This document shows positions 1 through 12,326 of a stretch of 64,000 nt of DNA, one piece after another. The notes under the pieces are model-generated. The model ran no database searches. It was not told the origin of the DNA and saw nothing but the letters and a program-made list of their open reading frames with translations. The DNA comes from Macrostomum lignano (taxonomy: Eukaryota), in the NCBI GenBank assembly GCA_002269645.1, contig NIVC01001757.1, forward strand, positions 1-64,000, written 5' to 3'. Position numbers and translations under genes: made by a program. The stretch's first letter is position 1; each line of letters opens with the position of its first letter.

Positions 1-3000
1 ATCACCACCACCATCATCATCATCATTCGTCTTCGTCGTCTCTAGCTGATCAGCCTAGCGAGCCTAAAAAGATGAAAGTGAAATCCGAGCGTCGGCCCTC
101 AATTGCCGACGTGTTGTTCAAGCCAGATAATCAGCAGCAGCAGCAACAGACTGCTGCCAGCGTCACCCAGTCATCATCAGCGTTGACAACCGCGCCGACT
201 ACCGGTCAAGAAGAAGCAGCATCCGCAGCAGCCTGAGCGAAGCCGTCAGGACAGCGGGCAGCAGAAGCCACTGTTGCTGGTAAAACGGCGGCAATAGCTA
301 AGCCTAGCGACACTGTCCACGTAAGGAGCAGCGGAAACAGCAGCAACAACAACAGCAGCAACAACAGCAGCTCGCGTCACACAGCGTCCATCAAGACTGA
401 GAAGGTGTCTTCTAGTGAGCCTCAGCAACAGCAGCGGCAGCGCGCGCTCATTGTCCTCATCGTCTGAAGAGTCCCGTCGAGCAGCCAAAGAGGCCGCACG
501 CGCTCAAAAAAAGGAGCGACGCCGATTGCGTCGGGAATCAGAAAAAGCCGCAGCCGCGGCCGCGGCCGCTTCCGCCGCTGCGTCGACGTCTTCGTCAACT
601 CCCCGGCCGGCCACTAAGACGCCTAGACTAAGCAGCGTTGACGAATCGTTGGGCGCCAGCGCTAAAAGAAGACTAAATTTGAGAAGTCAATCTCTGTCGA
701 CGCCGCAACCGACTCTGCTAGCAGCAGGCCGCAACAGCAGCAGCAGCAGCCGAAGCCTTCGACCGTGTCTAGCAAGCGTAAGAAGAATTCCATCGTGTCG
801 TCCTCGGATTCGGACTCGGCAGATTGGAAACCTGCCGCAACTGTGCGCCAGTCGTCTGTAGTTAGCAATAGCAACAGTTCCACTATTAATTGGGCAGCCG
901 AATTCGCCGCCATGTCGCCCTACGAGTCCATGTACGACAAGATCAAACGCCGACAAGCTGGTCGAGCCACCGATGTCCAACTAAGACCTGGCGGCGGCGG
1001 CGGCGGTGCTACTAACTCTGCATCGTCGAAGGAGCGCAGAAGAGACCGCGGCAGCGGCTCGGGTTCGCAGAGTTCAAAGCGGCGTCGAATGAAATCGTTG
1101 CAAGCGTCGGCCTCGGTGCCTAGCATGCGCGGCTCGTTGACTAAGCATTCGGATTCCGATTCAAACGAAGAGGGCGATTCTAGCCGCGATGACAACGAGG
1201 ACGCTATGGAAAATGATGATGATGAGGAGGAGGCTGCAACTCCGCCAGCGATCTCCTCGGCTGCTGTCTCAACGCCGGCTCGTAAGCATCAGCATCGGCA
1301 CACGCCGAAGAAATCAGCGGCACAGTCAGCACTGGCAGCCGGAGTAGCAAGAAGAGCATGTCCAGTGCTCGCAGCAGCCATAGCTGTTCCAGCAACAGCA
1401 GCAGCAATAGCGGCAGCAGCAGTAGCGGCAGCGATTCGGACAGCAACTCCGATCGAAGCGAACGATCGAAGCGACCGCAGCCTTCGACTGCAGCCAGTAA
1501 AATTAAGAACGATCCACCAGCAGCAGCAGTGACAGCGGCGCCGAGCGCAAGCATCCTAAGCCTGTTGCGCTTTAGCCACTCCTGCCAAGCCAATCTCCGC
1601 TATCAAGAAAGAACGCCAACAGCATCCGTCGTCATCGTCCGCCACGTCAGCGTCGGCCACCCGTCGGCAGGCGCACTTTGCCAGCGGCCGGCCATCGCCT
1701 GTAAAATCGGCTGTACCATCGGGCTCTTCGCTGGCCGCCGCCGCGCTGCTAGCGAAGCCGCGACGTCAGGCTCAGCATCGGCTCGTCGACAGTCCCGACA
1801 ACAACAGCAGAAGCATCGCCTATTCGCAGCCGGCAGCGGCGCCAAAGGCAAAATGTCGGTAGACAGCGTGTTCGGCCATCTGTCCTCAGGCGAGTCGGAT
1901 GTTGGCCATCAAGACGACGACGAAGACGATTTTCTGCCTACGCCGGAAGACGTACGAACTCCGTCAACTGTAGAGATGACGCACGAGAGTCTGGCCGACA
2001 CAATTAGCGAGCCGTCGAGTCCCCAGACTGGCCGGTCTGTCACCCGCCTGACCGACATCTTTGCCGAGGCCAAGGCCCAGCTCGACCCGTGCTCCGTCAC
2101 CGAGAAGCGAAAGCTATTGCCCGAAGCTGCCGTCGTCGATGTCGAAGACGACAACGACGAGGACGACGAAGCGTTCGTGCCGGCGCCCGACCTGCCGCCG
2201 ATTGAGCGGATCAGCACCAGCGAGATGGAGCAGCAGGCCGGCCGACCGTCTACCGACGAGGACGACGATGACGATGAGGGACCGCCGAATTTGGCTAGCG
2301 ACGCTGCCGCTGCCGCAGCCACCGATGCCAAACCTGCTGCCTCGGCTGCCGCCAAGCCGTCGGCTCAACGGATTCTATCTCCGAAGCTGCCGCAGCAGTC
2401 TGTACAGCAGCAGCAACAGCAGCCGGCATCCTCTTCCGCGTCGTCTTTGTCTTCTGCCGCAACAGCCGCCGCTGCCAGCGCGGCGTCCGATCTGGAAGCC
2501 ACGGCGGCCCACGCTCTGACCCAGCTGAGCCAGCAGCGAGCCCAACCGCATTCGGCGTCGTCAATACAGAAGCCGAACATCTCTCTGACCGGCTCTGGTT
2601 CCTCCTCTGCCGCCAGTGTGCAGCAGTCGCATCAGTTCCAGTTTCCATCTATCAGTGTGCTACCAACTGCGGCTGCCTCTGCGGCTAGGAGTGCTGAACT
2701 GCAGCAGCAGCAGCAGCACATTAATCTGAGGCCGCTCATTCCACTGCCGCCGCCTTCAACTGTATCGTCTGCCGCAGCGCCGATAACATCATCGACTACT
2801 CCTGCATCATCGGCGGCAGCTCCGGCAACACTTGTGACTGCCGGCAAGATTGCCCAGCCACCCGTGGTCACCTCGGAGGCCTTGCTTCATCTGCAGCAGC
2901 AACAGCAACAGCAGCAGCATGGCGCCGCCGCCCCGGCTGCTACCATCAAGCTGAGCTCGCATTCGCTCATTTCCGTTCGTCCGCCAACAACCACAACGCA

Positions 3001-3232
3001 GGCGCAGGCGCAGGCGCATGATCAGCATCAACAACAGCACCGGAGTACCGCTGCTACTCCATCAGCAACCGCAACTGCTAATAAGACCTGGGAAGAAGCA
3101 TCTCGAGAATACCTTCAACGACGTTCTGACACCGTCCAGCGCCGCTTCGATACAACAGCAGCAACAGCAGCAGCAGCAGCAGGTTCTGCAAGCGGCAACC
3201 GCTTCAATTGCCCAGACTCAGCTGCTCCCAGC

Positions 3233-3267
<35 letters not shown>

Positions 3268-3968
3268 CTACCATCTGTCTGACTGGCGCGGCCATGAACA
3301 GCAACAACTCAGCGGCAGTTACAGCTTCAACTGCGTCCTTAACAGTCACCGCAGCTTCCACGACGCCTTCAACAAGCACAGTCGCTCCATCAGCTAGCCA
3401 GCACAAGCAGAAACCTGCCCGCAAACAGCCGCCGCCAATGGAAGCTTTGGCATTGCTTCATATTGACGAAATTATTCAAGACGTCACCGAAGGCCGAGTA
3501 GATTTAGACAAATACATGGACAGAGAAAAGTATCGCCATTTGCACATTGACGAATCGTCCTCGTCTACTCCTGGGCCCGTGCAGCAGCAGCACCTGCCGC
3601 CGCCTCACATGCTGCCAACAACAGCTTTGCAGCATCAGCACTCGATGCCTGTGCCAATGCATCATCATCACCCAGCTGCTGTGTCTTCGGCCGCGCCTAC
3701 TTCTGTTGGCGGCGAGATCTTGCTGCAACCGCCGCCTCCGCCGCCGCCGCCTCCTCCTCCAGTGCCGTTGCCTCCGTCTAACCTGTCGGAGGTTGCCGCT
3801 TCAATGCACCAGCAGCTGCCGCATCCTCAGCCGCCGCCGCCGCCGCCTCAATCGATGGTCTCTCAACTTGGCGGCCCAGTTGGTGCCGCCGCTGATCCAA
3901 CCGCTGCTGCGGCCGCTGCCGCTTACAATCATCAGCTGATGCAACAGCAACAGCAGCAGCAGCAGCAG

Positions 3969-4006
<38 letters not shown>

Positions 4007-4842
4007 GCATCAGCAGCAGCATCAGCAGGTGCAGCAATTACAGGCAGCGCTGTACATGCAGTACTTCAATCAGTACAGGCAGGACCTGCTCTATCCGGCC
4101 TACGCCACGGCTGGCCGCCTATCCTCAGCTGCAGTTGTTGCCGCCCAACGGTGGCGCGGTAGGGCAACAGCCGCAGCAGCCGCCGCCGCCGCCCCAGCAG
4201 CAGCAGCAGCAACCGCCGCCCCAGCTGCCGAACCATCTGCATCATCACCAGCCGCCGCCAACGCCGCAGCAGCAGCAGCCGCAACCGCAGGCCGCTCCGC
4301 CGCCCCAATCGTCTCAATTAGAGGGCCTACTACGTCGCTATCCGGTCCGTTGGCAGGGCAAGATGGCGTTGAAGAACGACGAAGCCGGAGTCCAGATGCA
4401 CTTTGTGTTCGGCAGCGAGGCGCTGGTCAAATCCGCTATGGAATTAGCCGCACCGGATGAGGCTCGGGTGCTGAAAATTGTCCAGCGAATGCGCATGGAG
4501 CCAACTCAACTAGAAGGCGTCGAACGCAAGATGGCTGACGAATCCGAGTTCTGTATGCTGCTAGCTGTGGCCTGCGGCATCAACGCCCAGGATTATCGCA
4601 AACAGACGCACAGTCTCCGCGAATCCTTCATCAAATATCTGCAAGAGAAACAGGCGGCCGGCATTGTGAACGTGAATTATCTCGGCGACCAGGAGCAACC
4701 AGCTTACGTGGTGCACATCTTCCCGCCCGGCCCGTTCGCCACGGCCAAGCTGAAGCACTACGCTGACGATCTGTACTCGAATCTGTTTCCGCAGCCTAAT
4801 TCGGAGACTCCGCACCTGCTGGTTGTTGTCACCACCGTGTGA
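1..4842 (+). CDS. SPEN: SPEN/split-ends (SHARP/MINT-like) 3' giant exon, open at the window start, interrupted by multiple frameshifts
   Basis: Chain of overlapping + ORFs (415-861, 765-1532, 1358-3397, 3018-4460, 4135-4842) with S/Q/A/P-rich low-complexity sequence, ending in a SPOC domain. No convincing introns link the frames. Confidence 0.85.
4300..4842 (+). CDS. SPEN: SPOC domain (SPEN C-terminus), intact, stop TGA at 4840-4842
   Basis: LLRRYPVRWQGKMALKNDEAGVQMHFVFG...LKIVQRMRMEPTQLEGVERKM...FIKYLQEKQAAGIVNV...YVVHIFPP...PHLLVVVTTV matches the SPEN-type SPOC consensus. Confidence 0.93.
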   Translation, partial: PPQSSQLEGLLRRYPVRWQGKMALKNDEAGVQMHFVFGSEALVKSAMELAAPDEARVLKIVQRMRMEPTQLEGVERKMADESEFCMLLAVACGINAQDYRKQTHSLRESFIKYLQEKQAAGIVNVNYLGDQEQPAYVVHIFPPGPFATAKLKHYADDLYSNLFPQPNSETPHLLVVVTTV

Positions 4843-6014
4843 AGGGGGAACAATAATAATAATAATAGTTATCATTGCCATAGCAACGAAACTGGTTGTT
4901 TAATAATAGCTTTAAAAGATGGCCTATTCAAATTGTTAGAGCTTCGTTGCTATTGTTGTGATAATTTTTATGATATTTTCATTAATTTCTTATTTATTAT
5001 TCAACTTTTAATATTGTCGTTAGAATATTTTTCTATCCGATTCAAATACTAGCCTAGAAAGAGAGGGAGAGGGTGTAGGTGCACACACAGCCAACTTTCA
5101 TCTTGGTTTCTCCTGTCTCTTGTGCTTGTGTACTGTTTCTCTGTCTACTGAATTAACTGATTGTTCTGTTTTTTAAATTCCGAGTGTCCCCAATTTGTTT
5201 TTGTCTTGTTTATCTGTCTGTCCAGCCGTGTTCTGTAAATAGTCCAATCTATGAATTACCTGCCCTACATATTCTTCAGCTTACCTGTAATTGTTTGCTT
5301 GCTTGTTATTCTTTATTATTACTTATTATGATTATTGTGTTGCATCAATCTGTGCATGCACTGCGTCTTTTGTGTGTGCAACTGTCCTCTCTGTACGATG
5401 GCACCAACCTACTCATTAATATACATTAAACTGTGCGGCTAATGCATAACACATATTTTTGTATAGAATTATTTCAGTTTAACATATTACTATTTACACA
5501 GCCCATGTCAGACGCTTGAGAATTGTTTCATTATTATTAAGAATTTGAAGAGGTCAGCTAGAGAGTAACATGTAAAACCGGGGATGGGGGGGGGGGCTTT
5601 TTTACTTATTTGTTTACTGCCTGTCCATCATTTGTTGTTTTATCAATTGCCGTTGCATGTGCGTGTTTTTGTAAGCGGTTATTAAATCTAGCTTAAATTG
5701 TATGACCGATAGTTTTGTTTTAAATAGTATAGTAGCATTGTATGTATGATAAATATATTATATATGTGTTTATTAACTCAAATTGGAACACACTTGTATT
5801 CAACAACTGTTTATAGCAGCAGCAATTTGTCAGGATTGAAAAAGATATGGATTAATTATTATTGTCTTAATGTGCTTAACTTTATTTTATTATTAGCAAT
5901 CTTCGCCCCCCGATGGGGGACATCTGGATAGAATCTCTGTTCTCTACAAGTAACAAAAAGATAGCAAAATAAAGCCTTCACAAAGACAACAGACATTCCC
6001 TCTAAAAAGCCTCC

Positions 6015-6560
6015 CAAATATCAAGCATCCCCCGATAGCAAGCATCCCCAGATAGCAAGCATCCCCAGATAGCAAGCATCCCCCGATAGCAAGCATCCCC
6101 CGATAGCAAGCATCCCCAGATAGCAAGCATCCCCAGATAGCAAGCATCCCCAGATAGCAAGCATCCCCCGATAGCAAGCATCCCCAGATAGCAAGCATCC
6201 CCAGATAGCAAGCATCCCCCGATAGCAAGCATCCCCCAGATAGCAAGCATCCCCCAGATAGCAAGCATCCCCCAGATAGCAAGCATCCCCCAGATAGCAA
6301 GCATCCCCCGATAGCAAGCATCCCCCGATAGCAAGCATCCCCCATATAGCAAGCATCCCCCAGATAGCAAGCATCCCCCGATAGCAAGCATCCCCCAGAC
6401 AGCAAGCATCCCCCAGACAGCAAGTATCCCACAGATAGCAAGCATCCCCCAGATAGCAAGCATCCCCCAGATAGCAAGCATCCCTAAATAGCATGCATCC
6501 CCCAGATAGCAAGCATCCCTAAATAGCAAGCATCCCTCAGATTGCAAGCATCACCCTGAT
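6015..6560. repeat. 19-20 bp minisatellite (GATAGCAAGCATCCCC[C]A)
   Basis: Tandem copies visible directly. Confidence 0.95.
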
Positions 6561-6959
6561 AACAAGTAGCTAGTGCAACAATTTCCTTAGCTTTATAGTG
6601 GCTCCATTTTGTTTGGCATGACGCTTCTTTTTACATTTGAAATGATGTCTCTTATGTTTGACATGGTTGCTAGTTAACAGTTGCTTCTTTCATTAAGAAA
6701 TTTCGCCTCAGCTTGCACTCGTGTTTTAATAAGAGAGTTCAGCCTGTACACCGAAATGACCAAAATGACTGGCTGAGGGCACTTTAGGCCTCTCTGCACC
6801 CAGTCCCTGGCGTTTAGATAAAGATAAAATAGAGATATAGCTCTGCTCTGTACAGGTGTCATTGAATAATTGGTTTACATGTACATGGATCGGCTGCGAT
6901 TTCGGTTTATTACAATTGACTGGCTGCTAAACTTGACGTAAAAGCTAACTCCGATTCTT

Positions 6960-7235
6960 GACCTAAATTTATCTGCAACCCTAACCTAAACCCTAGCTCT
7001 AACCCTAAGCCTCAAACCCTAAAACTAAAACACTAAGCTCCAATCTTAACCTGACTGAAACGCTACTCAATATACTAACCTATACCCGAACCCTAATCTG
7101 AACACTAACTCGACCCTAACCTAAACTCTAACTCAAAGCCAAAAATCTTGACTCCAATCTTAACCTTACCTAAATCTAACTAACAACCCTACATCATACC
7201 AACCTCAACTCTAACCTAAACCCTAACCTAAATAA
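6960..7235. repeat. Degenerate (CCCTAA)-like interstitial telomere-type tract
   Basis: Repeated AACCCTAA/ACCTAA/CTCTAA variants. Confidence 0.6.
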
Positions 7236-8414
7236 ATCTTGGGTAGTCGACAGTCGAGTTCTCCTGCAATTGTTAAATATACATATATTCGTATGCACCT
7301 AACTATACTTCAAAATTTTGAATGTACATTTACAGTTTGCATTTATGCTAATCAGTAGTCAGTCATCTAATCTAATTAACTTCTGCAGGCGCACGTTTGA
7401 CCTCTAAATGGAAAATTTGCATTCAAGTTTCATTCGTATATGTATTCAGGGTACTGTTAATGTACATGTACTGTATGTATGCACACATTGTTTCTAACAT
7501 GGGTTGTACTTTTAATCCGCGGTTGTGCGTGTAGATTCTGCGGCAGATTTGCATGTTATTGCATGCAGAATTTCGACTCTTATCCCCTACTAAAATTCCT
7601 TGGGCAGGGGAGGGCGATCGTTGAACCGAAAAATTTGCCTGTTTCAGCTTTTCTGCTTTCAGCTTCGATCCTCTTCCTTGCACAGCCTTCTCTACCCAGC
7701 AGCTAAAGCCTGGCTGCATGTATGTATAGTATAAATATATATGAGAAGAATTCTTGGATAGGATCTGCAGTGGCTGCATTCAGAATGCCAAAAACATGGG
7801 GATCAGTTTAGAGTTAGGCAGCTTATATATAGGTAAAACTGTACAGAATGCTTTGGGATGAATCATTGCAGCGTCATAATTCCAAGTGTTGAACAACAGA
7901 ATATTAGTTAAAGTCAAATTACACTACTAACTATGCTTGATCTAGTAGACGCATGCGCATTTCGCTGGATTTTTTATGCTGTTTATACGATTTTTTCAAG
8001 TTCCTAATGAACTGCCATGCAGTTTCTTTCTCAGGAGATGATAGCGCCACTCACCACGCACTCAGAGCTTGTAGGGTGAAATTGTCTTACTCAAGTTTGT
8101 ATAGCTAAAGAAAATTCTAGAAAGCATATTTATCTTTCTCTGGCCCTGAATGCGAATAGAAAGAAGACAATGAAAGAGCATGCAGAATAAGGAGTTTGAG
8201 TGTATCATAATTATACCTACAATTCATTTTAGCGATGGCTAATTTTGGAGCATATGTTGCCTGTTAGACAAATTTGATGTTTCATTTTGTCGAGCCTGCA
8301 TGCATTATTGTTGCGTAGAACTTGGCGGTTTTGATTGCTTGTAGAAACCGTCAAGGCCTTGCATTCAGTGGCATTTTTGATCCGATTAGTTTAGTTGTAA
8401 TGTTCGAAATATTT

Positions 8415-8835
8415 CAGGTGAAAGAGGGAGGGTGAAAGAGGGAGGGTGAATGGGGGTGAAAGAAGGAAGGGTGAAAGAGGGGAGGGTGAAAGAGGGAGGG
8501 TGAAAAAGGGAGGGAGAAAGGAGGGTGAAAGAGAGAGGGTGAATGAGTGAGGGTGAATGAGTGAGGGTGAATGAGTGAGGGTGAATGAGTGAGGGTGAAT
8601 GAGTGAGGGTGAATGAGTGAGGGTGAATGAGTGAGGGTGAATGAGTGAGGGTGAATGAGTGAGGGTGAATGAGTGAGGGTGAATGAGTGAGGGTAAAAGA
8701 AGGAGGGAGAAAGAGGGATAGTAGGGAGGGTGAGAGAGGAAGGTGAGGGAAAAGGGTGAGAAAGGGTTGGAGGAGTGAGGATGAGGGTGAGAGAGGCCGA
8801 GAGAGTAAATAGAAAGAAAGAAAGAAAGAAAGAAA
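8415..8835. repeat. Purine-rich repeat with 14-bp core (GAGGGTGAATGAGT)n and a (GAAA)n tail
   Basis: Near-perfect 14-mers at about 8536-8692 with degenerate flanks. Confidence 0.9.
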
Positions 8836-9399
8836 GCAGATGACCCCAAAGTAAGAGAGAAGGAGAGAGAGAGACAACTGTTGCCATGGTCTGAGCCTCA
8901 CTCTAAGACGCACACCCCCAGCAGTCTTAAACTGCTCAAACCCGAGCACAAAAGCCCCAATTTGATATTTACGATCTAAAATTGTGTTCATAGCTAGTAG
9001 GTCTCTAGACTACATAATGCAGATTCTGCCAGTCAGCTCGAGGGGGGAGGGGGGTCCAAAATGGGCGCGGTTGGTTTTTCATATACTCGTAAATGGCAAG
9101 ATGAAAGCAGCCTTGCCTTAATGCGGCCAAAATACGGTGTTCTGTTTTCAAGTGCCTCACAATTCTGTCTGTAAACACATGCACACAATTCGTCACTTGC
9201 AACCCGGAAACAGAATTTCGAAGGTTCTGGAAGTTGAGAAGTGTTATTAAATTTTTGTGAGTATACTAATCATTTGATTTATTGATTACTTTCAAAGAAT
9301 CAGGTATGAGTCACTCGAGGGAAGCAATTGTATAATGAGATGTAGGCAGTAAAGGAGGATATTAGAATTATGATTTAGAGCTAGATAAGAAGCTCAAAG

Positions 9400-9862
9400 A
9401 TGCTCACGACCTCGAGCAATCTTTTATGACCTCAGTTTGAGAAAGACGCTCGATATCGCTCTTAATCTCACCCTCGATCTCACCCCTAATCTCACTCTCG
9501 ATTTTATCTTTAATCTCACCTTCAATCTCACCCTAATCCCTCCCTTTGTCCTTAATCATCCTTAATCTCATACTCGATCTCACCCTTAATCTCTCCCTTT
9601 ATCTCATCCTTAATCTCACCCTACATCTCACCCTAATCTCACCTTCGATCCCACCCTAAATCTCTCCCTTTATCTCATCCTTAATCTCACCCTTGATCAC
9701 ATCCTTAATCTCACCTTCGATCTCACCCTCGATTTCACCCTTAATCTCTTACCCAAAATCTCATCCCGAATCTGAAGTTCGATTTCACCTTTAATCTCAC
9801 CCTTAATCTCACCCTTAATGTCACCCTTAATCTCATCCTCGATCTCACCCTTAATCTCGTTA
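9400..9862. repeat. Degenerate 12-bp repeat (AATCTCACCCTT)
   Basis: Tandem variants visible directly. Confidence 0.85.
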
Positions 9863-9891
9863 AAGATTGTCTTCACCGCGTCGTCTAAAAA

Positions 9892-10649
9892 ATGTCCGAG
9901 TTCCACAACGCTACAGAGCTGACGGCAACAACAGCAGCAGCAGACTTGTATCCTCATCATGACAGTCCTCAGTCGATATTTCCGTTGAAACGAAACCAGC
10001 AGCCCTTCGGTTTGAATCGACTGGACTCGGAGACCAGCAGCAGCAGTGGTGGCAGCGGCGGCAGCGCTGGCTTCCAGGACATTCTCAGCCCCAGCAGCAG
10101 CGGCAGCGACGTGGTTCTGACAGATCTGGGTAGCGACCATATGGAAGACAACCTTGACTTTCTGTTCGCCGACATGCCGCCTCTCCCGCCGCCGTCGCAG
10201 CATCAGCAAGAGTCTCCCCGCCGTCATCGTCAGTTGCAGGACTCGCTGAGCATGCCAGCAGTGTACATGTCGAACCGCCAGTTGCTGTGCTCGACTGCTT
10301 CCAGGATGGCGAAAGTACATGTAACCGACAGCAAAAGAAATTATCGTCAAGATCGCCAACAGCACCGGTTGTTTCGAAGAAATCTACCTATAGACGTGGC
10401 TGTCAGAAGCGGAAAAGGCCGGTTTGTCATATTCGATCCCCTATGCCTGCAGCTACTGTTAGTAGTAAGCCGCGTTTGGAGCCTCAGGCAGCTCAAGCTG
10501 TGCTCTGCCAGGTCAACGGATTGCTGGAGTCAGCCAACAGGCTGGGCTCCGAGACCAGTCTGCTCAGACTGCACGCTGCCCGGCTTGTTGACGAAGTGCT
10601 GGCGTCCAGACGGCGCCTGCTGGTTGTTCATGAAAGCAAATCGAAATGA
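9892..10649 (+). CDS. Uncharacterised protein, probably one gene with a frameshift near 10260-10290
   Basis: AAAAATGTCC start. The frame of 9892 looks protein-like to about 10260; the 10287-10649 frame then continues (VHVEPPVAVLDCFQD...KRKR...LLRLHAARLVDEVL) with GC-rich codon-like composition against AT-rich flanks. Confidence 0.5.
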
Positions 10650-11369
10650 GTTGAAGCTTTAGAAATTTTACATGCGATCGCGATTCGATTATCGACGAAC
10701 ATGTGCCACTAAATCTGTCAATATTTGTATATTAATTGGTACTTTTGGCAGTGAAGTTTCCTTTGTTTTACTTTTACAAACGGACTTTTTAAATATATAC
10801 TGTACTTTTCTTCGTGCTTACTAAAATAACTCTGCGACCAATATTGTTCCAATATAATAATATATCAATATTTACACCATACTTACATGTAATATAATGC
10901 AGACTAATGCTAAGTCTCGTGTTAAGCATACATGTACATTGTTGTAGTTGCATTTTACTGAGCAAAAAAAGCAAAAAACATGTCAGAAAAGGATGCCTTG
11001 TTAATATACGAGCCTCCAATAAAAACCAGTATTTTAATGTTTAACTACATTATATTTATAATTGTTCTTTTCTTTCATAAGTTTTTTAGGCTCTGCCTTT
11101 ATGTAGACTTAATTAAGTACATGAAAACGCTGGCTTTTTGTATTAATTTTATAGTTTTATTGTATGACTCATGCTTATCATCCACCCCACTCCTCCGCAC
11201 ACCAACTTCACCTCCTTTCTATTGTTCGAAATCATTCACGCGTGTGACAGTTTTATGACCCCCAAGAGATCCCCAAGCGATTTCCCGCCTGTTGCGTAAT
11301 CCTCCATCATAAAGCATTTTCTCCCCTGCGCCCCACTCAAATTTCTCCTCCAATCCCAGTGCGGCTGGC

Positions 11370-11520
11370 GGGTGACGTCATTATAGGGTTGTTTGATAAC
11401 GGAGGTCATGAAGGACAGGTCACGGCCTTCACTACTATCATGCACCACGCTCACGTGATCACGTCATCTCAGGACTATAAATAGGAGCCCGTTTTGAGCC
11501 CAGCCATGCGTCATCAGTTC
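11370..11520 (+). promoter_or_regulatory. Pol II core-promoter-like module: TGACGTCA, CACGTG, CACGTCA and TATAAATAGG (11476-11485)
   Basis: Motifs are clustered in canonical order directly upstream of the TATA box. No downstream gene identified. Confidence 0.35.
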
Positions 11521-11723
11521 GTCGTTGATGTTCTACTTTTTCTCTTGGAGCTCCCCTGGACCCGGAAACTCGTTTTACTGCTTCCATCCCTTGGTTTTCC
11601 TTTGTTTTACCGCGAGATCGAACCTTCATCAGGAAACTCTTCAGTATCCCGTACCCGGAACCGGCGACCTCCGGCCCCGGCCTAGGACCAATTTAATTTT
11701 CCCTAAATCCTTTGATTACTCCT

Positions 11724-12071
11724 AGCCGGACGTTTGCCAGCCGGACGTTTGCCAGCCGACGTTTGCCAGCCGACGTTTGCCAGCCGACGTTTGCCAGCCG
11801 GACGTTTGCCAGCCGACGTTTGCCAGCCGGACATTTGCAGGCGGCAGTTGCATGGTTAAAGAATGTATGCCCTCTATAGGCTTACACATGTACTGCATTT
11901 GAAAACTGCGGACATTAGATTAGGTGGGATTAGATTGGTGCTATGTCCGCAGTTTTCAAATGCAGTACATGTGTAAGCATATAGAGGGCATACATTCTTT
12001 AACCAACTACCGCCTGCAAATGTCCGGCTGGCAAACGTCGGCTGGCAAGCGTCGGCTGGCAAACGTCGGCT
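11724..12071. mobile_element. Fold-back/MITE-like long inverted repeat with 14-15 bp tandem subrepeats in the arms
   Basis: About 85 bp of near-perfect unique inverted arms around a 27-nt spacer (11916-11942), extended outward by (GCCGGACGTTTGCCA)n and its reverse complement. Confidence 0.7.
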
Positions 12072-12326
12072 TTGTCCCCCACCATAAAATCCATAGCGAC
12101 GCCCTTGCATGAAATATAAGCTGCAGTGAATTAATCACCGAGTATGAGCCGAATCCAACTAAAAAATCGTAGCAGTAAACAGTATTTCTAAGTACGCGTC
12201 CCCGTAAGACGTGCACCACGAGAGAGCTCTGGGACCTGCACTTTCCACATCCCCTAATCTGCCGCATCGAACCCATCCACATGTACATGTAGGAGGAAAG
12301 ACATTAAAATGGCGTTATCTACTACA

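Noticed and set aside
246-4881. Minus-strand ORFs overlapping SPEN
   Set aside because: Antisense shadows of GC-rich triplet-repeat coding sequence.
7380-8410. Possible upstream exons for the 9892 ORF (acceptors near 7388 and 8033)
   Set aside because: No consistent donor/phase chain or protein similarity could be established.
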